DNA of 42,429 nt, from assembly GCA_031551595.1 (NCBI GenBank), contig JAVBNK010000001.1:1-42429 (forward strand). The letters run 5' to 3'. The notes under the pieces are model-generated. The model was not told the DNA's origin, did no database searches, and worked only from the letters and a program-made list of their open reading frames with translations. The position numbers were made by a program, and so were the translations under genes. Within the stretch, counting starts at the first letter, position 1. Every line of letters begins with the position of its first letter. Below are positions 25,642-35,289 of this stretch, one piece after another. This DNA is from Rikenellaceae bacterium (lineage in GTDB: Bacteria; Bacteroidota; Bacteroidia; Bacteroidales; Rikenellaceae).

Positions 25642-25988
25642 TGAAAAAACTAACCCTGATCGCCGCGGTCGCCTTCCTGGCAGCCTCCTGCGGCACGACC
25701 ACCGCCGCGCTTTACGACTGGAAGGGCTACGACAATGCGGTGTACGCCTACATCAAGGCGGCCGACCAGCAAAGCGCCGACAACCTGATGACGATCTACA
25801 CCAAACTGATGGCCAGCCAGGCCGGATCCCGCAAGGTGCCGCCTCCCGGCCTGTGCGCCGACTGCGGCTACATCCTGCTCAAACAGGGCAAAACCGCCGA
25901 GGGCAAAGACCTGCTGGTCAAGGAGACCGTGCTCTACCCCGAATCCAAACCTTTCATTGACCGTATCCTCAAACGCTTCGAAGAATGA
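25641..25988 (+). CDS. DUF4810-like lipoprotein
   Basis: It has the lipobox AAS|C. The pattern is LYDWKGYDNAVYAY...PPGLCADCGYILLKQGKTAEGKDLL.KE..LYPES. The product is 115 aa. Confidence 0.7.
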   Translation: MKKLTLIAAVAFLAASCGTTTAALYDWKGYDNAVYAYIKAADQQSADNLMTIYTKLMASQAGSRKVPPPGLCADCGYILLKQGKTAEGKDLLVKETVLYPESKPFIDRILKRFEE

Positions 25989-26665
25989 AAAAACTGCTAC
26001 TCATAGCCCTTTGCGGCATCATGGCCGCATCGTGCGCCACCCAAAAAACCGTCACCAAAGCCGACCGCTACAAAGCGCTCTACGACGAACGGCCGATCTC
26101 GATCCTGGCCATGCCGCCCATCAACAAAAGCACCAAGGTCGAAGCCAAAGAGTTATTCTACAGTTCGCTGATCGTCCCCCTCAGCCTGCAGGGCTACTAC
26201 GTCATGCCCCCGCTGCTGACGATGGAGATCCTTAAGGAGGAGAGCGCCTATGACGCCGAGATGTTCGAAAACAGCTCGATGAAACCCGTGGGCGAACTGT
26301 TCGGCGTGGACGCGGTGCTGTTCACCACCATCCACAAATGGAACAAAACCACCGTCGCATCGCGCATCACCGTAACGCTGGAATACACGCTCAAATCGGC
26401 CAAGACGGATGAGATCCTTTTCAACCGCACCGGTACCGTCACCTACAATCCCAACTCCGGCTCTTCGGGCGGCGGACTGGCGGGCCTCGCGGTCAGCATG
26501 GCGGCCAAGATGCTCACCACCGCCCTGACCAACGAGATCATCGTCGGACGCAAATGCAACGTCTACACCCTGCAGGACCTGCCTGCGGGGAAATACAGCC
26601 CCAAGCACGGCAAGGACGGCACAACCCCCTCCGGCGAGCCCTCATTCAACGTGACGGTGCAGTAA
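25985..26665 (+). CDS. DUF799 / GNA1162-like lipoprotein
   Basis: It has the lipobox AAS|C. It contains SILAMPPINKSTKVEA...YYVMPP...GVDAVLFTTIHKW and is 226 aa. It overlaps the previous gene as ATGA. Confidence 0.75.
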   Translation: MKKLLLIALCGIMAASCATQKTVTKADRYKALYDERPISILAMPPINKSTKVEAKELFYSSLIVPLSLQGYYVMPPLLTMEILKEESAYDAEMFENSSMKPVGELFGVDAVLFTTIHKWNKTTVASRITVTLEYTLKSAKTDEILFNRTGTVTYNPNSGSSGGGLAGLAVSMAAKMLTTALTNEIIVGRKCNVYTLQDLPAGKYSPKHGKDGTTPSGEPSFNVTVQ

Positions 26666-26687
26666 TACGGTCTATCCCGAATACAGT

Positions 26688-26723
26688 CCAGCCCCGGATC
26701 ACCTCCGGGGCTGGTTTATTTTC
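26688..26723 (+). terminator. rho-independent terminator between convergent operons
   Basis: CCAGCCCCGGA-TCACC-TCCGGGGCTGG followed by TTTATTTTC. Confidence 0.8.
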
Positions 26724-26782
26724 ATTCCACATTCCGCGGCGGGGGCGAAGTCAAAGATTTCGGGCGCGGGATGGGCGCTTGC

Positions 26783-27910
26783 CTATGGCAATTGCATCTT
26801 TGCCAAATCATACATTTCCATGTACCCGGCTCCCATGGCCTGCGCCGAAAATATTTCGGCGGCCCGGCGGCCGATCCCGGGAACCGCGACGCGGCCGCGC
26901 AGGGTGAACTCCAGCCTCTCGCGCAATGCATCCGCGTCGCCGACCGGAAACTGCAACGCCCGCAACTCCGGAAAACAGCCGGCGAATTCCCTGAAAGGGC
27001 CTATATCGGAGCCAATAACCGGTACGTCCGCCATGAGCGCCTCGACGAAGTTGAGCCCGAACCCCTCGGACCGCGACGCGCAGACCATGTGATCCGCCGC
27101 CCGGAGATATTCATCCACATTGGACACATGCCCCCGGAAGATGATGCGCGGATCGTCTGCGGCGAGGGCTTTGCATGGCCCCTCAAGCGGACCGCGGCCC
27201 AGGAATACCAATGCCGCATCCGCTGCTCTCATCATTCGAAACGCGCGGACAACCGTCAGCGGATCTTTGCCCCGGGATAAATTCCCCACCGCGACGTATA
27301 TCACAGCCCCGGCGGGCAGTCCGAGCGTCCCGCGCAGGGCCGCTTTCTCCGCCGGAGCCGCCGGAGTGAAGCGGGTCGCGTCCACCCCGTTATACACAAG
27401 GCGGACACGGGCATGGCTGAGTTTCGGGGCATAGTAATCGCGCACCGTGGAGGATATGGCCGCACACGCTTCGAGCCGGTCGAGCCGGCGCAGGTAACGC
27501 CAGGCCATGTATCCGCCCAACAGGGCGCCTTTCGACGAGCGGAAATCCTCGCCGCATACGTTATGCAACGTCGTGATCTTCGGCGCCGGGGTTTTCATGT
27601 GCGAGGCGACCAGCACGGGATGGTAACCGTGGGTATGTATGATCCCGGCATCGCATCCGGCCAGGAAACGGTCAAGACGGGCAGCCACCCGGCGCGTACG
27701 GAGTTCGAGATCGGCGAATGAATACCCGAAGCGGTGTACCTCGACGCCCTCCCGCCCGAACACAGGGGCCAGGCTGTCCGGGGCCTCATCCATGAGTTGC
27801 AGCACGACGGGCCGGAAGCGTGTCCGGTCGAGGTGACGCACGATATTCAGCAGCACATGCACCGGTCCCGTCCCGCGCAACCGGTTGACGACATAGACCA
27901 CCGTGGTCAT
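26783..27910 (-). CDS. glycosyltransferase family 4 (GT-B)
   Basis: It contains the EX7E-type motif SRSEGFGLNFVEALMADVPVI. The start at MTTVVYVV overlaps the upstream stop as ATGA. Confidence 0.85.
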   Translation of the reverse strand: MTTVVYVVNRLRGTGPVHVLLNIVRHLDRTRFRPVVLQLMDEAPDSLAPVFGREGVEVHRFGYSFADLELRTRRVAARLDRFLAGCDAGIIHTHGYHPVLVASHMKTPAPKITTLHNVCGEDFRSSKGALLGGYMAWRYLRRLDRLEACAAISSTVRDYYAPKLSHARVRLVYNGVDATRFTPAAPAEKAALRGTLGLPAGAVIYVAVGNLSRGKDPLTVVRAFRMMRAADAALVFLGRGPLEGPCKALAADDPRIIFRGHVSNVDEYLRAADHMVCASRSEGFGLNFVEALMADVPVIGSDIGPFREFAGCFPELRALQFPVGDADALRERLEFTLRGRVAVPGIGRRAAEIFSAQAMGAGYMEMYDLAKMQLP

Positions 27911-28800
27911 GGTCTGCCCTCCATGCTTCGCATCCGGCGCAGGTCCAGGCCGTAGAATGCCAACCCGGCAGGCCAGAGCGCATAGCCCCACCACGGAAGG
28001 CCCAGCTCGCCCCGGCGCGGACCACGGTAGCGGATCGTGTAACGCCAGTAGTTAATGCCCGCCCGGAGGCGTGCCATGAAGCCATTGCACGGGTCTTTCG
28101 CAGCTCCGCCGTACGAGAGCATGCTGTAACGCGGGCTTTCGCGGTGGCGGCGGCGGATATGGGCGGTCAGTCCGTCGGGGAGGTACTCGCAGATATAGAT
28201 ATTCTCGTCGAACCACCTCAGCCGGTATTCCCGGGCGATACGGCGGAACAGCACGTCCTCGGCGCAAAACTTCTCCCCCTCGTAATCGGGGAAAGGATAC
28301 CGGCGGACCACCTCCGTGCGCAACACTTCGGCCATATCGCCCCGCATCCTGTACCGGACCCGGTATTCGGTGCTCGTGCAGTCGCGGACGCCGAACGCAG
28401 TCCGGCTGCCGATAGTCCTGCCGTCGGGATGCGCCCTGCGGCCGGCCACCCCGCCGAAAGACGCGTCGCCGCGGACATTTTCATAATGGAACGCGATGCG
28501 TTCCAGGGCATGGTCCGCCAGGTAGTCGTCGCTGTCGACGATAAACAGCAGCTCGCCCCGGGCCTTTTGGGCGCCGATGTCGATCGCTCGGTGCTTGCCG
28601 CCGTTCGCCACCCGGCAATGCCTCATATCGAGTTTTCCCTCCGCCTGCATACGCTCCAGCAGCGCCGGGGTGTCGTCCGTGCTGCCGTCGTCGACCACCA
28701 GCCACTCGAAATCGCCGTACGTCTGGCGCAGTAAACTGGCGTACAGCCTGCCCAACGTGTAGGCACGGTTGTATGCGGGAGTAAAGACCGTAATTTTCAT
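27907..28800 (-). CDS. glycosyltransferase family 2
   Basis: The N-terminus is MKITVFTPAYNRAYTLGRLYASLLRQTYGDFEWLVVDDGSTDDT, followed by VDSDD. Confidence 0.85.
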   Translation of the reverse strand: MKITVFTPAYNRAYTLGRLYASLLRQTYGDFEWLVVDDGSTDDTPALLERMQAEGKLDMRHCRVANGGKHRAIDIGAQKARGELLFIVDSDDYLADHALERIAFHYENVRGDASFGGVAGRRAHPDGRTIGSRTAFGVRDCTSTEYRVRYRMRGDMAEVLRTEVVRRYPFPDYEGEKFCAEDVLFRRIAREYRLRWFDENIYICEYLPDGLTAHIRRRHRESPRYSMLSYGGAAKDPCNGFMARLRAGINYWRYTIRYRGPRRGELGLPWWGYALWPAGLAFYGLDLRRMRSMEGRP

Positions 28801-28802
28801 AC

Positions 28803-29855
28803 CTATTGCAGGAAAAAGAATTTATAGTCGAGAAAATGACCGCCGCCGAAATGGTGTATCCGGTACAGGATCGAGAAAACGGCCAACGCCCCGACAGCGA
28901 GCAGCACCGGAGCCTTTTGCATATGGATCCGACTGACGATCAACGGGACGAGCAAGGTCAGCGCCAGGTCGAAATACATCGACACCCGGAACAGCACTTC
29001 GATATTATAGAATGCGATCAGCGTGGCGATATAGATCAGGTAGCATTTGACGAGCATTTCCCCTCCGGGCGCTTCCCGGATCCGGCCGTACATGACCCAT
29101 ATCAGGGGAACCATCACGGCGACTTTCACGAATTCGATCGGGTTTACCGTATAGCCGCCGGACTGGGCTCCGGCCATATACCCGTCGGCACGGCTGGCAA
29201 GAAACGCCAGCCCCGCATCATTCAGCGTGTCGACCAGGAACATCGCCCCGAGCATCCTGAACGCCAGGGCTCCCGTCGCCAGCAACAGAATACCGAACAG
29301 ATTGACCCTGAAATACCGGATGAAAAAATAGGCGGGTATCAGCACCAGGATACTGTAATGGAACAATGCCCCGAGCAGGACGGCCCACACGAACCGCCAG
29401 TTCTTACCGTCGATCATATAGCCCAATGCGTACATGAATGCCACGACCGCCACCATCTGGCGCATCAGCACCAGGTTATAGTAAAAAAAGTAGAGCCCCG
29501 CATAGAGCACCATGCTCATCATGGGGTACTCGCTGCGGTGCCGGAAAAAACGCATCAGCAGCCACAGGGAAACGCTGGAAAGCAGGGCAATGAACATATT
29601 ATACCCTATCCCCAGACCATTGCACAACCACACGCAGGCGCAGTATCCCGGCTCGAAATAATCCACAAATATCTGATCGGAACAGTAATGAAGTTCGTAG
29701 AACAGATAGTCCGATCCGCCCATGTTACGGAACCCGGCCGTCATGGCCAGCAATAACCAGATGAGTATTGCAGGCAACGTCCTCTGGCTGCGCGGAGCCA
29801 GGTCGCTCAGGCTCAACAGCGCAATGGCCACATAGACAAGCAGGAACCAATACAT
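28803..29855 (-). CDS. EpsG-family polysaccharide polymerase (Wzy-like)
   Basis: The product is 350 aa with about 10 transmembrane segments. The EpsG-like N-terminal motif GFRNMGGSDYLFYELHY is present. Confidence 0.8.
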   Translation of the reverse strand: MYWFLLVYVAIALLSLSDLAPRSQRTLPAILIWLLLAMTAGFRNMGGSDYLFYELHYCSDQIFVDYFEPGYCACVWLCNGLGIGYNMFIALLSSVSLWLLMRFFRHRSEYPMMSMVLYAGLYFFYYNLVLMRQMVAVVAFMYALGYMIDGKNWRFVWAVLLGALFHYSILVLIPAYFFIRYFRVNLFGILLLATGALAFRMLGAMFLVDTLNDAGLAFLASRADGYMAGAQSGGYTVNPIEFVKVAVMVPLIWVMYGRIREAPGGEMLVKCYLIYIATLIAFYNIEVLFRVSMYFDLALTLLVPLIVSRIHMQKAPVLLAVGALAVFSILYRIHHFGGGHFLDYKFFFLQ

Positions 29856-29861
29856 GTCCGG

Positions 29862-30971
29862 TCAGGTTTCGTATACTTTACATTTTGCCGTTTCACCGGC
29901 TGCACTATGACGTTCCTTACAGCCTTCCGCCAGCAGGCTTTCCCATTGGCCGACGATCTCCTCCGTCCCGAAACGCGCCAGCGCATCCTCCCGTCCCAAA
30001 CGCCCGAAACGGCGCATTTTCTCCCGGTCGGCCATCAGGCCGAGCAACGCATCCGCCAGCGCATCCGTATCGCCCGGCGGCACCAGCGTCCCGTCCACCC
30101 CGTCGCGGATGATGTGCGAAGGACCTTTCGGGCAATCGAAACTCACGCACGGCAACCCGGCCATCCGGGCTTCGATGAGCACCATCGGCAATCCCTCGAA
30201 CCGTGAAGACATGACCAGCAGCGAAGCCCGCCGGTAATATTCGCCCACCGACGCGGTGGCAGGCGTGAACACGACCGATCCGGCCACGCCCAACCGTGCC
30301 GCCTGCGATTTCAGCGCTTCTTCCCCGGCTCCCGAGCCGACGATGCGCAACGTCCATCCCGTACCGTGCGCCGCCACCCGGGCCCAGGCGTCCAGCAGCA
30401 TGTCAAACCCTTTCTGGGGCATCAGCCTGCCGACCGCAAGCACCTCGCACGACTCCAGCGGGGCGGGGCCGCCCACGGGCAGCGTCGCGAAATTGCCGAT
30501 ATCCGCCACTTCGGCCTTCACATGGGCGAGATATTCGTCCCGGTCCCCGGACGTAAGTACCACCGTGCGCCACGACCACCGTGCGCACACCATCCTCCAC
30601 ACACGCCCCAGGCGCGACCCGGCATGGAACCCGAAATGCTCCCAGGTCACCACTTTTATCCCGGGGATCCCTGCGCACGCAGGCAGCGACACCTGCCCCA
30701 TGGGCACGCCGACGTTGATCAGGCGGTCGTAACTCCCGCCGCGCAGCAAACGCCGCAAGGCGCGGACCGCCGCCCACCTGCGGCGGAAACCCGTCCCGAG
30801 CGGAAACACGCCGATCCCGGGCTCCACCTCAAAATAGCTCTCCGCAGAGTCGCCCAGCACGGCGAAATCGACCCTGTGGCCGCGCCGATGCAACTCGTTG
30901 GCCAGCGACGTGGCCATGCGTTCCATCCCCGCCCCCGGTTCGAGCGTTTCGATCAGCAGCAATACCTTCAT
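29862..30971 (-). CDS. glycosyltransferase family 4 (GT-B)
   Basis: It contains MKVLLLIETLEPGAGMERM and SSRFEGLPMVLIEARMAGLPCVS. Confidence 0.85.
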   Translation of the reverse strand: MKVLLLIETLEPGAGMERMATSLANELHRRGHRVDFAVLGDSAESYFEVEPGIGVFPLGTGFRRRWAAVRALRRLLRGGSYDRLINVGVPMGQVSLPACAGIPGIKVVTWEHFGFHAGSRLGRVWRMVCARWSWRTVVLTSGDRDEYLAHVKAEVADIGNFATLPVGGPAPLESCEVLAVGRLMPQKGFDMLLDAWARVAAHGTGWTLRIVGSGAGEEALKSQAARLGVAGSVVFTPATASVGEYYRRASLLVMSSRFEGLPMVLIEARMAGLPCVSFDCPKGPSHIIRDGVDGTLVPPGDTDALADALLGLMADREKMRRFGRLGREDALARFGTEEIVGQWESLLAEGCKERHSAAGETAKCKVYET

Positions 30972-31942
30972 CGCTTAAATCTCCTTTTGATGTAAAGCAC
31001 GATGTCCAACAGCAGGCATCCCAGCCGGGACATACCCCAGTCGGGCATCCGGTAAAGCATCAGCGCCGGGCGCGGCAACACCCCGAGCCGTCCTATATCC
31101 TTATGCATATCGGGGAACGTGCGCCGCCAACGCGCGATGTCGCGCACCTGCCGGTCGTCCAGGAACGGCCGGGCGACGGTGAACTGGTAGGCTTTCAGGT
31201 ACAGGTCCATCCGCCCGTCCGGATCGCGTTCGGCAAAGAAGCGGGTCAGGCATTCGGCACACCTGACCGTATCGTCGAGGTTCCGGGCCAGCCGCACCGG
31301 ATCGCGGCATATCGAATCGCCACGGACGTTGTAGTGGTACAACGCCTCGGGAACGACCACCGTTTTACGGCTCACATAACGCAACCTGACTGTAAGCCCC
31401 TGGTCTTCGCACATTTCGACCCCCTCGAACGGCAGGATATCGTGATCCGTGTACAAACTCCTGCGCACCAATTTATTCCAGACGGCGGAGAACAGGATAT
31501 CCCACCGCAGGCACATATCGTGATAATCCGCCGGATAATTAAACGTACCGGCCCAGTCGCCGTGGTGGGAAACGTACCCGCAGCACACCATGTCGGCGCC
31601 CTGCGCTTCGGCCGCGCGGTACATCGTTTCATACATGCGGGTATCCACCCAGTCGTCGCTGTCGCAATGGACGACATATTTGCCCGTAGCCGCTTTCAGG
31701 CCCGTGGTCCGGGCCGCCGCAAGCCCCATGTTGCGTTCGTGGCGCAGGACCCGCACCTGCGGCTTGCGGTGCGGGTACTCCTCCAGCACCCGCTCCAGGA
31801 CCGCCATGCTCGCGTCAGGCGTGCAGTCGTCCACGAAAACATACTCCACATCGTCCAGCGTCTGCCCGAACAGCGACCGCAGGCAACGCCCGAACCAGGG
31901 CTCCACGCCGTAGACCGGCACCAATATACTTACCTCAGGCAT
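30968..31942 (-). CDS. glycosyltransferase family 2 (tandem paralog 1)
   Basis: It contains MPEVSILVPVYGVEPWFGRCLRSLFGQTLDDVEYVFVDDCTPD and CDSDDW. The start is chosen at 31942; the alternative start at 31969 overlaps the upstream gene by 35 nt. Confidence 0.8.
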   Translation of the reverse strand: MPEVSILVPVYGVEPWFGRCLRSLFGQTLDDVEYVFVDDCTPDASMAVLERVLEEYPHRKPQVRVLRHERNMGLAAARTTGLKAATGKYVVHCDSDDWVDTRMYETMYRAAEAQGADMVCCGYVSHHGDWAGTFNYPADYHDMCLRWDILFSAVWNKLVRRSLYTDHDILPFEGVEMCEDQGLTVRLRYVSRKTVVVPEALYHYNVRGDSICRDPVRLARNLDDTVRCAECLTRFFAERDPDGRMDLYLKAYQFTVARPFLDDRQVRDIARWRRTFPDMHKDIGRLGVLPRPALMLYRMPDWGMSRLGCLLLDIVLYIKRRFKR

Positions 31943-32915
31943 CTTTTTCCCTCCATTTACGACATGCATACATCAGGTCTATCCCCAGGCATGCGACCCG
32001 GGCCATACCGTGCGCCGCCAGCCAATAGGCGGCCTTCTGGGAGCGGGAAAGCACCGGGCAATGCAGGATGGCGCGGTGGGACTCGGGCCAGGTCCGCTTC
32101 CAGCGGGCCACGTCGCGCATGGGGCGCTTGAACAGCAGCGCGCCTTTCGCACTGATCTTCATCTTATCGATAATCCCTGCGTATCTGTCCGACGCACCCT
32201 GCGCGGCATAGAACCGTTCAAGCATTCCGCCGATCTGCAACCGCTGCTCGAAACCCGTCCCATCCATCGTGGCGACGAGCGAATGCACATTGCACCGGTT
32301 GTAGTGATAGAGGGCTTCGCGAATGACCGCTGTTTTGCGGGCGAAGAAACGCATCCGGGCCGTAAGCCCGTAATCCTCGCCGTGGTCGATCCCCTCGAAA
32401 GGATAAATATCGTGATCCTCGTAAAGGCTCCGCCGTACCAGCCTGTTCCATAAGGTCACGCACAGTTCCCTGGGCGACATCCGGTCGTCATACCCTTCCG
32501 GGACCAGCAGCGGTACGCTCCGGTCCGGATGCTCCTCGAAATAGCCGCACAACACCATGTCGGCGTCCTCCTGACGGGCCTCGCGGTACATCCGCCCGTA
32601 CATCTGCGGCTCCACCCAGTCGTCGCTGTCGCAGTGGATCACATATTCGCCCGCAGCCGCCCTCATTCCCGTCGTCCGGACCGCCGCGCTCCCCATGTTT
32701 CGTTCGTTGCGGATGATCCGTACCTGCGGTTTGCGCTGCGGATATTCCTCCAGCACCCGCTCCAGGATCGACATGCACGCATCCGGCGTGCAGTCGTCCA
32801 CGAAAATGTACTCGATATCGTCCAGCGTCTGCCCGAACAACGAACGCAGGCACCTTTCAAAGTACCGCTCCGCATTATAGACCGCGATAATGACGCTTAC
32901 TGCCGGGGTTTTCAT
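31935..32915 (-). CDS. glycosyltransferase family 2 (tandem paralog 2)
   Basis: It contains MKTPAVSVIIAVYNAERYFERCLRSLFGQTLDDIEYIFVDDCTPD and CDSDDW. It overlaps the wzx stop as ATGA. Confidence 0.85.
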   Translation of the reverse strand: MKTPAVSVIIAVYNAERYFERCLRSLFGQTLDDIEYIFVDDCTPDACMSILERVLEEYPQRKPQVRIIRNERNMGSAAVRTTGMRAAAGEYVIHCDSDDWVEPQMYGRMYREARQEDADMVLCGYFEEHPDRSVPLLVPEGYDDRMSPRELCVTLWNRLVRRSLYEDHDIYPFEGIDHGEDYGLTARMRFFARKTAVIREALYHYNRCNVHSLVATMDGTGFEQRLQIGGMLERFYAAQGASDRYAGIIDKMKISAKGALLFKRPMRDVARWKRTWPESHRAILHCPVLSRSQKAAYWLAAHGMARVACLGIDLMYACRKWREKDA

Positions 32916-34456
32916 TTTTTCACTATTTTCAACATCCTGTCCGTAAAATCCCTCATCCCGCCGCAGAACGCATAGAGCCATCCGTAAAGGATCGCCCCGA
33001 ACATCCCGCCCGCGATCAGGGCGTAGAGCGCCAGCCAGCCGTAGGAGCGCGACGGGTCGATCGCCACCAGGCCGATCAGCGGCACGAACACCGCCAGCGC
33101 CAGCGCCAGGGCGGCCAGGTGCACGCCGTACATCTTCACATAGTGCATCACCGGCGTGCGCAGCGTATGGCGGAACAGGAAATACGGTTTCCACAACTTG
33201 ACCACCAGCACCTGGCTGGCCAATACCCCCCCGAGGATGCCCGGAAGCCCGAAGAACCACCCGAGCAGGATCGACAGCCCGACATTGAGCGCAGCTTCGG
33301 CGATGGGCGCCCAGACGTCGTGGAACAGCCCGGAGGCGTTGATGTAGATATCGACCGCCCCGCGCGAAAGGCCCACGTAGAGCGTGGCGACGATGATCGC
33401 CAGCGTCACCTGGTCGAGCAGGTATTCGCGCCCCACCCACAGTCCGATGAATGCCGGGGCGAGCAGCCACATGCAGCAGCAGGCCGTGCAGGCCACCAGG
33501 AAACGCGAGCTGAACAGTTCGCCGAAGAAGCGCAACGCCTTATCCCTGTCGCATTCGGCGATCAGGTTACCCACCCCGGCGGTCAGGCTGTTGGACATCG
33601 CCGCCACCAACTGGGTAAGTCCGCTGACGATGACGATATAGTTGCCGTACATGGCCACCGTCGTCAGCGAGGCATAGGCGTAAATAATGAGCGGGCTGGT
33701 CTGCGACAGCGCGAACCCGCCTATCTTATGGAAAAAAAGCTGTTTGGTGCGGGTCATGATCTGGGGGTAGGCATGGCGCAGCCGGCCGCCGAGGGCCACA
33801 TCGGTCTTCAGCCACGGGTAATCGCGGCGGATCAGGCGTTCGATACCCAGCGTGACGGCCGTCGCGCCCGCGAGTTCCAACCCCAGCCACCACACGTAAC
33901 CGTACGGCAGCCAAACGATCGCCGCGATCTGCGACAGCACCTTGGCTGTACGGACGTTACGATAGATACGCGTCAGGCGGTGGTCGCGCTGGTCGGCCGT
34001 CACCAGCACCTGGCGGTAGTTGAAGAAATAACCCGCCATCGAACTGCACAACATGACAATGAACGTGGCGTAGATATACCAGCCCGGCACGTCGGCCTTG
34101 GCGAAAAACCAGGAAAAAAAGCACATCAGCACCGCCGACGCCCCCAGGATGAACAGCGCGATGCGCCGGTAGAACCACCCCTGTACCGAAACGATGCCCC
34201 GGACCTGTTCCCGGTCGCCTTCGGCCAGCGGCCGGTAGAGCGAAAACGCCACCGCCCCGCCGATGCCCAGTTCGGCCAGGCTCAGGAAACCCAGCAGGTT
34301 CGTCGCCGCGGTGTTCAGGCCCAGCACTTCGGCGCCGAGGTGGTCGATGAACACCTTGCGCGAAAAGAACGTCAGCACGAGGTTTACCACATAGTACCCC
34401 ATCGCCGTCTTTACGTTGCGGACGCTCTTGGCCGTCCTCGATTCGCCCCGGGTCAT
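32912..34456 (-). CDS. wzx: oligosaccharide flippase (MOP/Wzx family)
   Basis: The product is 514 aa from MTRGESRTAKSVRNVKTAMGYYVVNLVLTFFSRKVFIDHLGAEVLGL, with about 12-14 transmembrane segments. It overlaps the upstream stop as ATGA. Confidence 0.85.
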   Translation of the reverse strand: MTRGESRTAKSVRNVKTAMGYYVVNLVLTFFSRKVFIDHLGAEVLGLNTAATNLLGFLSLAELGIGGAVAFSLYRPLAEGDREQVRGIVSVQGWFYRRIALFILGASAVLMCFFSWFFAKADVPGWYIYATFIVMLCSSMAGYFFNYRQVLVTADQRDHRLTRIYRNVRTAKVLSQIAAIVWLPYGYVWWLGLELAGATAVTLGIERLIRRDYPWLKTDVALGGRLRHAYPQIMTRTKQLFFHKIGGFALSQTSPLIIYAYASLTTVAMYGNYIVIVSGLTQLVAAMSNSLTAGVGNLIAECDRDKALRFFGELFSSRFLVACTACCCMWLLAPAFIGLWVGREYLLDQVTLAIIVATLYVGLSRGAVDIYINASGLFHDVWAPIAEAALNVGLSILLGWFFGLPGILGGVLASQVLVVKLWKPYFLFRHTLRTPVMHYVKMYGVHLAALALALAVFVPLIGLVAIDPSRSYGWLALYALIAGGMFGAILYGWLYAFCGGMRDFTDRMLKIVKK

Positions 34457-35271
34457 CGGCCTGCCTTTTTTCTGAGGAAGTTCCTGTACACGAACGCCCG
34501 CATACCGCCCGGGATCACCCGCCCTCCGCAACGCACCGCCATATTCACGCAGTAACGGGGCAGCGAAATGATCCCCGTCCGCAATAAAAGCCGCTGGATG
34601 CGGGCCTCCGAGCGCACGTAACGCATCCCGCCGCGCCGCCCGACCGCACCCGCATCCATTTTGCAAAGGTACAGCACATCAGGCATCGACGACAGGCGCA
34701 TCCCCATCGCATGCATACGGATCCACAGGTGGTAATCCTCCATATAGGGACAGTGCACGTATCCTCCCGCCCCGAGCACCGACGACCGCCGGAAAAACAC
34801 CGTCGCATGGTTCAGCGGACTGCGGAATTTGATGTACTCCCCCACCCCGGCCGGGCACGCCCGGACCGACCGTACGACGGCCGGATCGACCTCGAATTCC
34901 GAAAGCGCACAACCCAGCACATCCAACTCCGGATGAGCCTCCAGATAGCGCAACTGGCGCTCGAAACGCTCCGGGTGCGAGATGTCGTCGCTGTCCATGC
35001 GGGCCACCCACTCATGGGTGCACGCCTGCAACCCCGCATCGAGAGCCCGGCCTAATCCCCCGTTCCGCGCAAGGGGCAGCGACACGAAACCGGGAAACGA
35101 GGCCCGGTAACGCCCGATCACCCCGTAAAGCCCTTCGGTCAGCGGGCCGTCCTCGACCAGCACCAATTGCGCCGGGCGCACGGTCTGCCCTGCCAACACA
35201 CTCCGCAGCGCCCGGTCCAGCAACTCCGGGCGCTCGGCGGCATACACAGACATCAGTACCGAAAATTCCAT
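34453..35271 (-). CDS. glycosyltransferase family 2
   Basis: It contains MEFSVLMSVYAAERPELLDRALRSVLAGQTVRPAQLVLVEDGPL and ARMDSDDIS. Confidence 0.85.
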   Translation of the reverse strand: MEFSVLMSVYAAERPELLDRALRSVLAGQTVRPAQLVLVEDGPLTEGLYGVIGRYRASFPGFVSLPLARNGGLGRALDAGLQACTHEWVARMDSDDISHPERFERQLRYLEAHPELDVLGCALSEFEVDPAVVRSVRACPAGVGEYIKFRSPLNHATVFFRRSSVLGAGGYVHCPYMEDYHLWIRMHAMGMRLSSMPDVLYLCKMDAGAVGRRGGMRYVRSEARIQRLLLRTGIISLPRYCVNMAVRCGGRVIPGGMRAFVYRNFLRKKAGR

Positions 35272-35289
35272 CCTTTTGTACTCTATGGA

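Noticed and set aside
32916-33470. A 5' extension of the GT2 ORF (track ORF 31935..33470, 511 aa), and the analogous extension of the wzx ORF to 34666.
   Set aside because: GT2 homology starts at MKTPAVSVIIAVYN and Wzx homology at MTRGESRTAK. Both internal ATGs overlap the upstream stop as ATGA, and the extensions overlap the preceding genes out of frame.
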